38,839 nucleotides of DNA from the IMG/VR virus record IMGVR_UViG_3300028840_001067, positions 1 through 38,839 of that record. The stretch is one strand, 5' to 3'. The translations under genes were made by a program, and so were the position numbers. Positions 1 to 7,687 of this stretch are shown piece by piece. Each line of letters opens with the position of its first letter. The first letter of the stretch is position 1. The stretch is from a virus. The notes under the pieces are model-generated. The model made no database searches. It saw nothing but the letters and a program-made list of their open reading frames with translations, and had not been told where the DNA came from.

Positions 1-144
1 CAATCAATTCCATACTTAATCTTCCCATTTGTTTTTTAAGGTTAACGTCTCACCTTCAGTTAGTGGTTTAAAATCACCCTGCATCCACGTACAACTCAAC
101 TGGCCCATTGTATACCTAGTGTCGTTAGACCATAGTACAAACCC
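1..144. repeat. Terminal overlap copy 1: identical to 38696-38839 (circular closure or terminal redundancy)
   Basis: Read directly: caatcaattccatacttaatc...catagtacaaaccc occurs at both window ends, 144/144 identical. It spans a gene junction. Confidence 0.95.
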
Positions 145-273
145 ATAACCAGCTTCCTTAAAAAGGACTATAACATTTTCATCAGAGCTTACTGCTACCA
201 GAGGGTAGCCTACAGTCTTAGTATCTTGTTTATTAATGTATTGTTTTGCATTATGTGTGGTTATGATTGTCAT
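16..273 (-). CDS. Hypothetical protein (85 aa from ATG 273; track ORF extends to 303)
   Basis: ATG at 273-271 follows the exonuclease stop by 1 nt (TGAtATG). Same strand and tight packing with neighbours. Its 3' end is repeated at 38711-38839. Confidence 0.6.
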   Translation of the reverse strand: MTIITTHNAKQYINKQDTKTVGYPLVAVSSDENVIVLFKEAGYGFVLWSNDTRYTMGQLSCTWMQGDFKPLTEGETLTLKNKWED

Positions 274-274
274 A

Positions 275-1249
275 TCAGTCTTCACCCCATTTAAATCTGA
301 CATCTTGATACCTGCGTAAGAACAGTAGGTTAGCTGTCTCTACTAACATCTCCTGCCATGTGAGGTGGGTAGTACCGTCCTCTGACATAACACCATCTGG
401 GTACTTACTCTTATATTCCTTGGCTACAAACTTAGCCATGTCATACTCAGTGATGTATTGCTCGATAGCTTTGGTAGCTGTCTTAATACCGTAGCCGCGC
501 TTACCTTTAGTACCTGATAGACCCTTGATGTTGTCTATCCTGTCACCCATTAACATCTGAATGTATAAGTTACGGCACGCCTGTAAGGGAGTGACATACT
601 CTACACCTTTTTTAATGCTACCTAGTCCTAATTGATAGCCGGATATAGTACGTAAGTCCTTATCACCTGAAGCCACGATAACACTACCTTCGTTATCTCT
701 AGCTGCCTGTGCTACGGAGTCATCAGCTTCCATACCTTGACACACCTTAGCTCTGAACCTATCTATCATGAATTGTCTGCACTCATCGTAATAGACTGGC
801 TTCACCATCTCCTTGCGGTTACCCTTGTAAGCTTGGATAGTGGCATCTTCATTACGCCACAAGGTAGAACCCTTAGTTAAGTACCAAGACTGAGGAGAGT
901 TACGGGTAGCATTCTTAATGAGTAGTCGCTTCTGCTTCAGTATCATCTCGCACTTATCGAAATCCTCTATCCAATCTAGATAGTCAAGGTTTACTACCTG
1001 CGCTGCTAGGTGTGGGTGTTTTTTACACCACTTGTTGTATTCTGCCTTACCCTTGCCATGGAATAAAAGTTTACCTCCCTCGCCGTAGGCTATAGGTTCA
1101 TGATGTTCTACAGCAAAGCCTGCTGCATACACAAACATATCCGCATCTACTAGAGTGCGGCACTCCCTCCAAGGGAGGGCGTCACGTGGGGGTACATCAG
1201 ATAGAGGTTGCTCTAAATCATCCATGTAAGGGAGTGGGTTTACTAGCAT
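275..1249 (-). CDS. 5'-3' exonuclease / flap endonuclease (FEN, PIN-like plus H3TH)
   Basis: 324 aa. Acidic motifs GMEADDSVAQAA and SGDKDL are typical of Pol I-type 5' nucleases, followed by an H3TH-like DNIKGLSGTKGKRGYGIKTATKAI. AAGGAG lies 6 nt upstream of the ATG. Confidence 0.85.
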   Translation of the reverse strand: MLVNPLPYMDDLEQPLSDVPPRDALPWRECRTLVDADMFVYAAGFAVEHHEPIAYGEGGKLLFHGKGKAEYNKWCKKHPHLAAQVVNLDYLDWIEDFDKCEMILKQKRLLIKNATRNSPQSWYLTKGSTLWRNEDATIQAYKGNRKEMVKPVYYDECRQFMIDRFRAKVCQGMEADDSVAQAARDNEGSVIVASGDKDLRTISGYQLGLGSIKKGVEYVTPLQACRNLYIQMLMGDRIDNIKGLSGTKGKRGYGIKTATKAIEQYITEYDMAKFVAKEYKSKYPDGVMSEDGTTHLTWQEMLVETANLLFLRRYQDVRFKWGED

Positions 1250-1252
1250 ACT

Positions 1253-1405
1253 CTACTCCTTGGGAAGTATTTCCCACTTACCATCGCTGTTAACAGCATG
1301 GTGTGTATCACTGAGTGATTTCTTTTCTATGAATGCCTTAGCTTTGTCTTCACTGAAGAAGTACTTCGGCTTACCGTCTTGTCCTAATGATTTATCTTTA
1401 GACAT
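1253..1405 (-). CDS. Small hypothetical protein, 50 aa (below ORF-track cutoff)
   Basis: Own translation: MSKDKSLGQDGKPKYFFSEDKAKAFIEKKSLSDTHHAVNSDGKWEILPKE. GAGGGGG lies 6 nt upstream of ATG 1405. The ORF fills an otherwise empty 148-nt gap, and its last codons form the SD of the next gene. Confidence 0.5.
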   Translation of the reverse strand: MSKDKSLGQDGKPKYFFSEDKAKAFIEKKSLSDTHHAVNSDGKWEILPKE

Positions 1406-1814
1406 CGGCTACCCCCTCTTGTAGTACATAGTAGTACTTAGATTTTACATTACACTTACCAGACTTTTGCATTCGTTGTACTACCGTCTGCACTACGTTA
1501 GGTGGTAGTGATGTTAGCTCTACTAGTTCATCTGTGCTAGCCATACCGCGCTCTCTAATGAAGCGCTCTATCTGGTCAGCACGACTTGTGTACGCATGCT
1601 CAGGCTTATGTAGGCTATATTCCCCACAGCCTATACGGTATAGAGCTAGGTTGTGTTGCTGGTTGTGATATACATTCTGAAGTACAGCGCGTGCTACTTC
1701 TATCTCCACATCTAACACTCTAGCTATTAGCCCCGATGTAAATATCACGTCTGGATTACTACGCATAAATGCCAGTAGCGTAGGTACTCTGTTTACGTTA
1801 TATGTCTTACCCAT
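1398..1814 (-). CDS. Hypothetical protein with two winged-helix/HTH-like segments (possible DNA-binding regulator)
   Basis: 138 aa. The helix-turn-helix-like stretches are ...GLIARVLDVEIEVARAVLQNV... and ...STDELVELTSLPPNVVQTVVQRMQKSGK.... Function is inferred only. Confidence 0.6.
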   Translation of the reverse strand: MGKTYNVNRVPTLLAFMRSNPDVIFTSGLIARVLDVEIEVARAVLQNVYHNQQHNLALYRIGCGEYSLHKPEHAYTSRADQIERFIRERGMASTDELVELTSLPPNVVQTVVQRMQKSGKCNVKSKYYYVLQEGVADV

Positions 1815-1815
1815 G

Positions 1816-2013
1816 TTATTCTCCTACTGATTTTAATGCTGCTTCTGGATAAATCTGAACACTACCAATTTCAGTGTTTGACTCAACGCTGTACCCGCGA
1901 GGTGTCAGTGTAGTGCTATAGTAACCAACAACTTTACCTGTCCATGATGAGCCTTTAATCTTTGTAACTTCATCGCCCAACCCCCACGTTGGGTTTTCAA
2001 ATACAACACCCAT
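1816..2013 (-). CDS. dfrB: Type II (R67/DfrB-family) dihydrofolate reductase homologue
   Basis: 65 aa from ATG 2013, with AAGGAG 6 nt upstream (track start 2028 overlaps that SD). [50 protein letters not shown] aligns without gaps to the R67 core [50 protein letters not shown]. About 30/55 residues are identical by eye, including the active-site VQIY. Confidence 0.85.
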   Translation of the reverse strand: MGVVFENPTWGLGDEVTKIKGSSWTGKVVGYYSTTLTPRGYSVESNTEIGSVQIYPEAALKSVGE

Positions 2014-2083
2014 GCTATTCTCCTTCATCTATCTCTGAACGCCTGACTGTAACCTTTAGGTTGTAGGCATCGTGTTTGTCTCC

Positions 2084-2110
2084 AATAAAAGAACCCCTCA
2101 CAAGGAGGGG
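2084..2110 (-). terminator. Rho-independent terminator (minus strand)
   Basis: The minus strand reads CCCCTC-cttgt-GAGGGG followed by TTCTTTTATT. It starts immediately after the TAG at 2111-2113. Confidence 0.7.
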
Positions 2111-2269
2111 CTACCAAGGTATATCGTCATCGAAGGGGAAGTCCTCATCAGTAACTTCCGGTATCGGTGTACGTATAGTTAGGTCCAGCTTAACTGGTTC
2201 CCATGGTGGAATGTCAGCGGTGCTGGTATCACTCGTCTGCTGCGTCAGAGTAGATTGTTTCGATTCCAT
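2111..2269 (-). CDS. Alternative-frame ORF (52 aa) encoding an SSB-type C-terminal tip; either a separate small protein or the true recoded/frameshifted C-terminus of the SSB-like gene
   Basis: Own translation: MESKQSTLTQQTSDTSTADIPPWEPVKLDLTIRTPIPEVTDEDFPFDDDIPW*. It is in the +1 frame relative to 2229..2942, is open from 2308, and ends 1 nt before the terminator stem. Confidence 0.4.
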   Translation of the reverse strand: MESKQSTLTQQTSDTSTADIPPWEPVKLDLTIRTPIPEVTDEDFPFDDDIPW

Positions 2270-2942
2270 CTTTAACGTAGTTATCTCCCTGTTCGAGAAA
2301 TCGGGCAGTCAGATAATCTAGATACATTAAGTAAATATCCATCTTCTCTGAAGTAGGTGCCTCTAACTTCATCGTGTCAGTCTTGGCTGGTAACTTGATA
2401 GCTTCCTTCTCTAGCATAGCGCCTAGCACTTTGATAGCTTGCTCACGTGCAAAGCCTAGCCCTGCTCGTAAGTCTTTCTCTGCCCAGTTTGTTTCTCCCT
2501 TGGCTGGTGCTTTGGCCCCAGAGCTACCCTTGCTAGGATATGAGTTACCGCCTTTAGTGCTGCCACCCCCATTACCACGAGAGTTGCCGCTGTCAGTAGA
2601 GCGAGAGCTACGAGATCCACGGGAGTTTCCAGCGTCATCATCACCACGACTGTTACCACGGCTACCGTTACGACTACTGCGGTTAGCGCCGCGTGTCTTA
2701 GGTTCTACTAAGTCAGTGATTTCTAGAGAGTCCAGCACCATATTTAGGAACTTTCCATTTTCCTCAGCATCAAAGGTTATAGTACTGCCTTCCCCAAACT
2801 TAGGGGCTTCACTTCCCATACCGAATAAGTCCGTACTATTCTCATTAGTATCTTCCACCTTAACACGATAGAAAGTACCGCCATTACGTGTAGGAGTTGA
2901 TAGAATCTCTAGTACTTTTCCTTCTACAAAAAATGTAGTCAT
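2229..2942 (-). CDS. Single-stranded DNA-binding-like protein (OB-like N-terminus, G/S/R/N-rich linker, helical C-domain)
   Basis: 237 aa, adjacent to the DNA polymerase. N-terminal beta-rich segment MTTFFVEGKVLEILSTPTRNGGTFYRVKVED. Low-complexity GNSRG repeats. Acidic end ...YSDAADE. An SSB tip is encoded just downstream in another frame. Confidence 0.6.
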   Translation of the reverse strand: MTTFFVEGKVLEILSTPTRNGGTFYRVKVEDTNENSTDLFGMGSEAPKFGEGSTITFDAEENGKFLNMVLDSLEITDLVEPKTRGANRSSRNGSRGNSRGDDDAGNSRGSRSSRSTDSGNSRGNGGGSTKGGNSYPSKGSSGAKAPAKGETNWAEKDLRAGLGFAREQAIKVLGAMLEKEAIKLPAKTDTMKLEAPTSEKMDIYLMYLDYLTARFLEQGDNYVKDGIETIYSDAADE

Positions 2943-2943
2943 A

Positions 2944-4941
2944 TTATTTCTCCATTAATGATGAATAATCAACACCTTCCATTCGGATAGGTGGTATTGC
3001 TGTTACTACAATCTCACCCCCATCTATGTCTACAACTTCTGCATCATATTGTGATGGTTGGAAATGTAAGTCACCCCCTCCCCAGTAGTCACCAGCTTGG
3101 TAGCCTACACCGAGAGGTACATTGAACTGTAAGTCATACACTGTGTCTAAGAATTCGTACACCCACCAAAGGAATGTCCACTTACTTATCTCGTATAGTT
3201 CTTCCAGTTCGTCTTCAGGACTCTCCGCTATCACTGAGTCATGCACAGTGTTAACTAAGAAAGTCTGCATTTCTTTACGCTTGATTATGTGCCATGTAGC
3301 AACGAGTGCTATAGGTATAATCTCTGCTGTTGCTAAGTTCTGTACGGGGTAGTTACAGATAGATGGGAAATCTTGACAGTACCCGCTATTAGAGACAGAA
3401 CAATTAGGATAATAGAATGTTATCCCTGTTGCGTGTGTTATCTCCTTGGCACGTAACACCTTAGCCTGCCACTGCTGCTGTGCTTTGGTGATGTCTGCAT
3501 ACTTCTCACGGAAGGCTGCGTAATATGCCATCTGTGAATCAGTACCATACTGCCCGCCATACAGAGGCTTAAACGTGTCAGCCTTAGCTAGTGTACGCCA
3601 GTCACCTCCCTTGGGTGCTGTCTTCTTCTGTGCTGCTACCTCATCCACAGTACAGTTATTGAGAACCGACGCAGTAAACGAATGCACATCGACACCGTCG
3701 ACGATGTCTTGGCATATTCGTACGTCTTGTCCAACGAAACCCGCAACTCTGAATTCGATTTGCGCACCGTCCATTTCAACAACCTTCCACCCCTTATTAC
3801 GTGCCGAGTATAAAGGCTTGTATTTCCTTGGGCTGTTTTGAAGCTGTATACTCTTGGCCTTCGGGTATCCTTTAAACTTGATTTTGATACCACTAGAAGA
3901 CAAGCGGTGTGTAACTGTTTGTGCTTGGTTGAACTGCGCGTAGAATAAACAATCCTCCTTCTCTGTAACTACTCCATAGAAGTAGTCTAGATTTTTAGTT
4001 AAGTCAGCATTCAGTTGAGCGAAAGTTTTCTTTAGTTGTAAGAACTTAGCTTGCTTCTTGTTCTTAGGTGTAAAGGAAAGTATCTCCTCCCCTGTTGGAC
4101 GGTGTTCTACTCCCTTCTTCTTTAGAGGTTTGAACTTGAGTACATCGTAGATAAACTCTTGCATCTGAGGGACAGACCTAGGGTTACGTCCGTCTATCAT
4201 TAGCATTAGTTCAGCTTCTACATCCGCCATATTCCTAGATGCCTGCTCATACTCCTTAACGACCTTCTCTTTATCTAGGTGTACACCACGTAGTTCTATA
4301 TCAGCTAACACTGGTGACAGTAAGCACCTGTTATAGAAGAGATGTAGTACATCACGCTCTACCATCTTATCCCGTAAGACTTTCCAAAGATTACGTGTCT
4401 GAAATATGTCAGACTTATTACGCTTCTCTAACAGAGAGCGAGGGATGTCACGTGGGCTAACACCACACCTCATTAGCTTATCTACTAGTGGGTCTTTAGT
4501 TACACCTAAGTGTTCCTTAGATAGTGTACCTAGTGCAAGTGCTCCCTTCTTACCAGCCTTTAAGTTACCAGTCAGTACATACTCAGCTAACATAGTGTCT
4601 GCTAGTAGGATACATGATGGGTCAAGGCCAGCACGGATAAGCCATTTGATATCGAACTTACCATTATGTGCCACAACAAAGTCAGCTTCATACATCTCTT
4701 GTATCAACTCAGCCATGTCGTGTATGCCGCCATAGATAAACTTCTCATCACCTCTACCACCATGACCTCGCACCCATGCAGCAGATACTAAATCATTCTG
4801 CTCCCATGTAGCGTCAGGGCTACGTTCATCACCGTTGGTGTCTGTCTCTAAGTCGAGTACTAAGTAGTTATCTGATAAGTAGATGTTAGGGTCTAGGTTA
4901 AGAAGGAAGTCAGGTAAGTAATCATAGTAATCCTTGCTCAT
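2944..4941 (-). CDS. Family A (T7-like) DNA polymerase with 3'-5' exonuclease domain
   Basis: 665 aa. Exo motifs LVLDLETD and VAHNGKFDIKWL. Pol motif A VVEMDGAQIEFRVAG, motif B RTLAKADTFKPLYGG, motif C VNTVHDSVIAE. Confidence 0.92.
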   Translation of the reverse strand: MSKDYYDYLPDFLLNLDPNIYLSDNYLVLDLETDTNGDERSPDATWEQNDLVSAAWVRGHGGRGDEKFIYGGIHDMAELIQEMYEADFVVAHNGKFDIKWLIRAGLDPSCILLADTMLAEYVLTGNLKAGKKGALALGTLSKEHLGVTKDPLVDKLMRCGVSPRDIPRSLLEKRNKSDIFQTRNLWKVLRDKMVERDVLHLFYNRCLLSPVLADIELRGVHLDKEKVVKEYEQASRNMADVEAELMLMIDGRNPRSVPQMQEFIYDVLKFKPLKKKGVEHRPTGEEILSFTPKNKKQAKFLQLKKTFAQLNADLTKNLDYFYGVVTEKEDCLFYAQFNQAQTVTHRLSSSGIKIKFKGYPKAKSIQLQNSPRKYKPLYSARNKGWKVVEMDGAQIEFRVAGFVGQDVRICQDIVDGVDVHSFTASVLNNCTVDEVAAQKKTAPKGGDWRTLAKADTFKPLYGGQYGTDSQMAYYAAFREKYADITKAQQQWQAKVLRAKEITHATGITFYYPNCSVSNSGYCQDFPSICNYPVQNLATAEIIPIALVATWHIIKRKEMQTFLVNTVHDSVIAESPEDELEELYEISKWTFLWWVYEFLDTVYDLQFNVPLGVGYQAGDYWGGGDLHFQPSQYDAEVVDIDGGEIVVTAIPPIRMEGVDYSSLMEK

Positions 4942-5164
4942 GTAAGCCCTCTACTGAGTCTGTTAATGTCACTAGACGTAATCTCCCACGTTTCCGGTCT
5001 TCATCTGAAGTTACACATAACCTATGAGCTAGGCATACAGCTAATGTGACCGTGCTGAGTACAATAACTTCATCACCATATATTAAGCGGTCACAATAAG
5101 GACAGCACGGTGTGCTATACGCGGCGGGTGTGTCGCTCTTTACGATATATTCCTTAGCCATCAT
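4922..5164 (-). CDS. Cys-rich hypothetical protein
   Basis: 80 aa with CCPYC...C..H..C. AAGGAG lies upstream of ATGATG. It overlaps the polymerase start by 20 nt. Confidence 0.55.
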   Translation of the reverse strand: MMAKEYIVKSDTPAAYSTPCCPYCDRLIYGDEVIVLSTVTLAVCLAHRLCVTSDEDRKRGRLRLVTLTDSVEGLHEQGLL

Positions 5165-5291
5165 CTTTCTCCTTCGGTGGTAAATCGTACACTATAAATC
5201 TATTTGGGTCAGCTTCGTACAGCTTCTTCCAGAATGGGTCCTGAAGCATACGTTCTAGTTGCTCAGGGTGTACACGTATTTTATTATCCAT
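5154..5291 (-). CDS. Small hypothetical protein, 45 aa (below ORF-track cutoff)
   Basis: Own translation: MDNKIRVHPEQLERMLQDPFWKKLYEADPNRFIVYDLPPKEKDDG. AGGAG lies 7 nt upstream of ATG 5291. The ORF starts 2 nt after the helicase stop and fills the 129-nt gap. Confidence 0.55.
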   Translation of the reverse strand: MDNKIRVHPEQLERMLQDPFWKKLYEADPNRFIVYDLPPKEKDDG

Positions 5292-5293
5292 AT

Positions 5294-6523
5294 TTAATCT
5301 CCTGAATCTACACATGATTTAAATGGATTGATGAAAGCATACACACCATCATGTATACCACTGGCCTTGTTCTTACACACATTAAGATACAGTTGTCCAT
5401 GCTCTTTCATCTGCTCAGTACCCCCGACACCTATCATCACATCTGCTTGTGCTGCCACCTCACGGCGGGAACCAAACACATCTGATTGTTCAAGCTTAAC
5501 CTTAGCATCTATGGCCTTGCCTTTCATATCAGTAGATGCTGCTTGTGTTAGGGATACACCCACCACCTTAGTACGCTTGTATAACATACGTAGTTGATAC
5601 ATCACTTCCGCTTGGGCGTCATCGAATGCCCCCTTGCGTGGCGCTGGTGCTAGGTTACGGGCTTGGTCACATATAACTATGTCAGGTTTAAAGTGTTCTA
5701 TTAAACGCTCAACATCTGTTACAGATCCAGGACTTAACTCTTTGAATATTATGTTGTTATACCCCTCTTCCTTGGCCTGCTCAGTCCAGTACTCATCATC
5801 CCCTCTCACTATCTCAAGTGTCTGACCTACGAAGTTACATACGATACGCAGTACCATTCTATCTGCGGGGTCCTCATTACCTATGTAGAGTACAGTCTTA
5901 TCAGCATAGCCGTAGTCACCTGCTATCTGTATAGCAACCGCAGATTTACCACGGTTAACACCACCGAACACAACAACGTGGTCGCCCGCCATCATGTTAA
6001 ACACAATGTCACCTAGTAGATTAGGTAGGATAGATAGGCTGTCCCCTTCATCTAATGTACGTGTTAGCTCTGATACAGTGGCCCCTTGATATACATCGAA
6101 TAAGTCATCCTTAGTCTCTTCTGATTGAATGCCTAGTTCATGTACTTCTTTGTACTCCACTGCTATGGTTGCTGCCTTAGCACTATCGCCGCCAGCTAGA
6201 GCGGCAGTCATGTCTGCACCGAGGCGCTTGAGTCTCTGCTCTGTTAGGTAGGTGATTAAGTTAGAGGGGCTGGCCTCTGGTAGGTTCTCGATAACAACAC
6301 TTAACTTCTCGTAGGACAAGGGTTTACGATTCTGGATAGTACCTAGTAGTAGCTTGATGTCTACACTAGTGGCCTTGCTCTCTGCTTTGTAATAGTTACC
6401 GATGTGTTTGAACAGTTCCATTCCATTAGGTGAAAGGTCGGTGGTAGCTTCCAGCTTAACTACCACCTCGTATGCCTCACGGCTAGCGATACATGCAGCT
6501 ACAATAGCTGGTTCACTTTCCAT
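5294..6523 (-). CDS. Replicative DNA helicase (T7 gp4 C-terminal / DnaB-like RecA-fold)
   Basis: About 409 aa. Walker A is FGGVNRGKSAVAIQ, Walker B-like is PDIVICDQ. ATG 6523 overlaps the primase stop (TGATG). Confidence 0.78.
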   Translation of the reverse strand: MESEPAIVAACIASREAYEVVVKLEATTDLSPNGMELFKHIGNYYKAESKATSVDIKLLLGTIQNRKPLSYEKLSVVIENLPEASPSNLITYLTEQRLKRLGADMTAALAGGDSAKAATIAVEYKEVHELGIQSEETKDDLFDVYQGATVSELTRTLDEGDSLSILPNLLGDIVFNMMAGDHVVVFGGVNRGKSAVAIQIAGDYGYADKTVLYIGNEDPADRMVLRIVCNFVGQTLEIVRGDDEYWTEQAKEEGYNNIIFKELSPGSVTDVERLIEHFKPDIVICDQARNLAPAPRKGAFDDAQAEVMYQLRMLYKRTKVVGVSLTQAASTDMKGKAIDAKVKLEQSDVFGSRREVAAQADVMIGVGGTEQMKEHGQLYLNVCKNKASGIHDGVYAFINPFKSCVDSGD

Positions 6524-7389
6524 CAATCAATCCTTAGCTGCCTCTTGATAGTGACAACGAGTTTATCCATATCAGCATCACTCATATCTTTTGGGTCCTC
6601 ATCATACAGAGGTACGAATGTGATAGAGTGAAAGTATAGGCCATAAGTGTAGGCCATCTTTGCTGCCTTAGCTGTAGCATCAGCATCTAGCACTAAACAT
6701 AGTCTCCGCTTACCAGCTCTCACTAGTTCCATTAACGTAGATTCTTGTATGCTTGTACCTGATAGAGCACAGCTAGGTAGATATTCATTACAACGTAAAG
6801 CAGAGGGGAAGTCTTCGAACACTGCGACATACTCCTCGAACTGTGCCTTGTGTGGTGTCATCATACACGTGAGACGGTAGTCACTAGGTAATGTATTGTA
6901 ATGAGCTTTAGCTTTTGGTCCCCTTAGATTACGACTGTTAAGTACAAGGTCATCATACCTCCGTGCAAGATAGCCCTCGTGTCTACCCGTCATAGCTTTG
7001 ATAGGGAAGAGTACACACTCTGTAGTCTCTGACCACATCACACCATTAATCATCAACATCTCTTCATCCATCCACCAGAAATAAGCTAGTAACCATTTGA
7101 GCACATCATTAGGTAATGGCTCTGCATTCAGCGCATTAACATGGCACTTAGGTTTGCGTAGTTTACTAGTGGTAGGACGGTAGCCCATCTGTCCGACTCT
7201 GCCGGATAAGCTGCACTTAGCACGGTAGCATTTATATGTCAGACCTTCAGGACTACACCAGATTAGAAGGGAGCGTTCACTTGTGCCACCACCGTTACAG
7301 ACTGGGCATACTAAGTGTTCGCTCCTATCTCCAATTGCTAAGTCAGTTGATAAGTCTAGGATGTTCTGGTCATAGTCGTTAGACCTCAC
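6523..7389 (-). CDS. DNA primase (zinc ribbon plus TOPRIM)
   Basis: 288 aa. Zinc motif CPVCNGGG...YKCYRAKC. TOPRIM-like E (VAVFEDFPSA) and DxD (LVLDADATAKA). GTG start overlaps the upstream stop (GTGA). Confidence 0.75.
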   Translation of the reverse strand: MRSNDYDQNILDLSTDLAIGDRSEHLVCPVCNGGGTSERSLLIWCSPEGLTYKCYRAKCSLSGRVGQMGYRPTTSKLRKPKCHVNALNAEPLPNDVLKWLLAYFWWMDEEMLMINGVMWSETTECVLFPIKAMTGRHEGYLARRYDDLVLNSRNLRGPKAKAHYNTLPSDYRLTCMMTPHKAQFEEYVAVFEDFPSALRCNEYLPSCALSGTSIQESTLMELVRAGKRRLCLVLDADATAKAAKMAYTYGLYFHSITFVPLYDEDPKDMSDADMDKLVVTIKRQLRID

Positions 7390-7661
7390 ATTACACCCAG
7401 TTCTTTACACATCTGCTTAGCCTGTGCTTCTGTAAACTCTAGAAGCTGACGCTTGTTCACCAACACAGAGGTGTGTGGTTTGCCCAGTGTGATACGACCG
7501 CCATCATATAGTGCATAGCGTACAACACGCTGGTTTAATTCCTTATTGAATGCGATGTGAGCACGCTCATCGAATGCTTGGATACGCTTGAGTGCGTACT
7601 CGATAGGGTAGAATGGTTTGTTGTCAGTATGTGTTTTGTTTTTACGATTGGTCTTACGCAT
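7386..7661 (-). CDS. Hypothetical protein (basic N-terminus)
   Basis: 91 aa, co-oriented, with its stop overlapping the primase start. Confidence 0.6.
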   Translation of the reverse strand: MRKTNRKNKTHTDNKPFYPIEYALKRIQAFDERAHIAFNKELNQRVVRYALYDGGRITLGKPHTSVLVNKRQLLEFTEAQAKQMCKELGVM

Positions 7662-7687
7662 AATAAGATTCCTTCTAGTTTTAGTGG

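Noticed and set aside
1-144. Genuine T7-style direct terminal repeat
   Set aside because: The repeat spans a gene junction and coding sequence, with no flanking short-repeat series. An assembly overlap of a circular or permuted map is more parsimonious. It is kept as a low-interest finding because only read-level data can decide.
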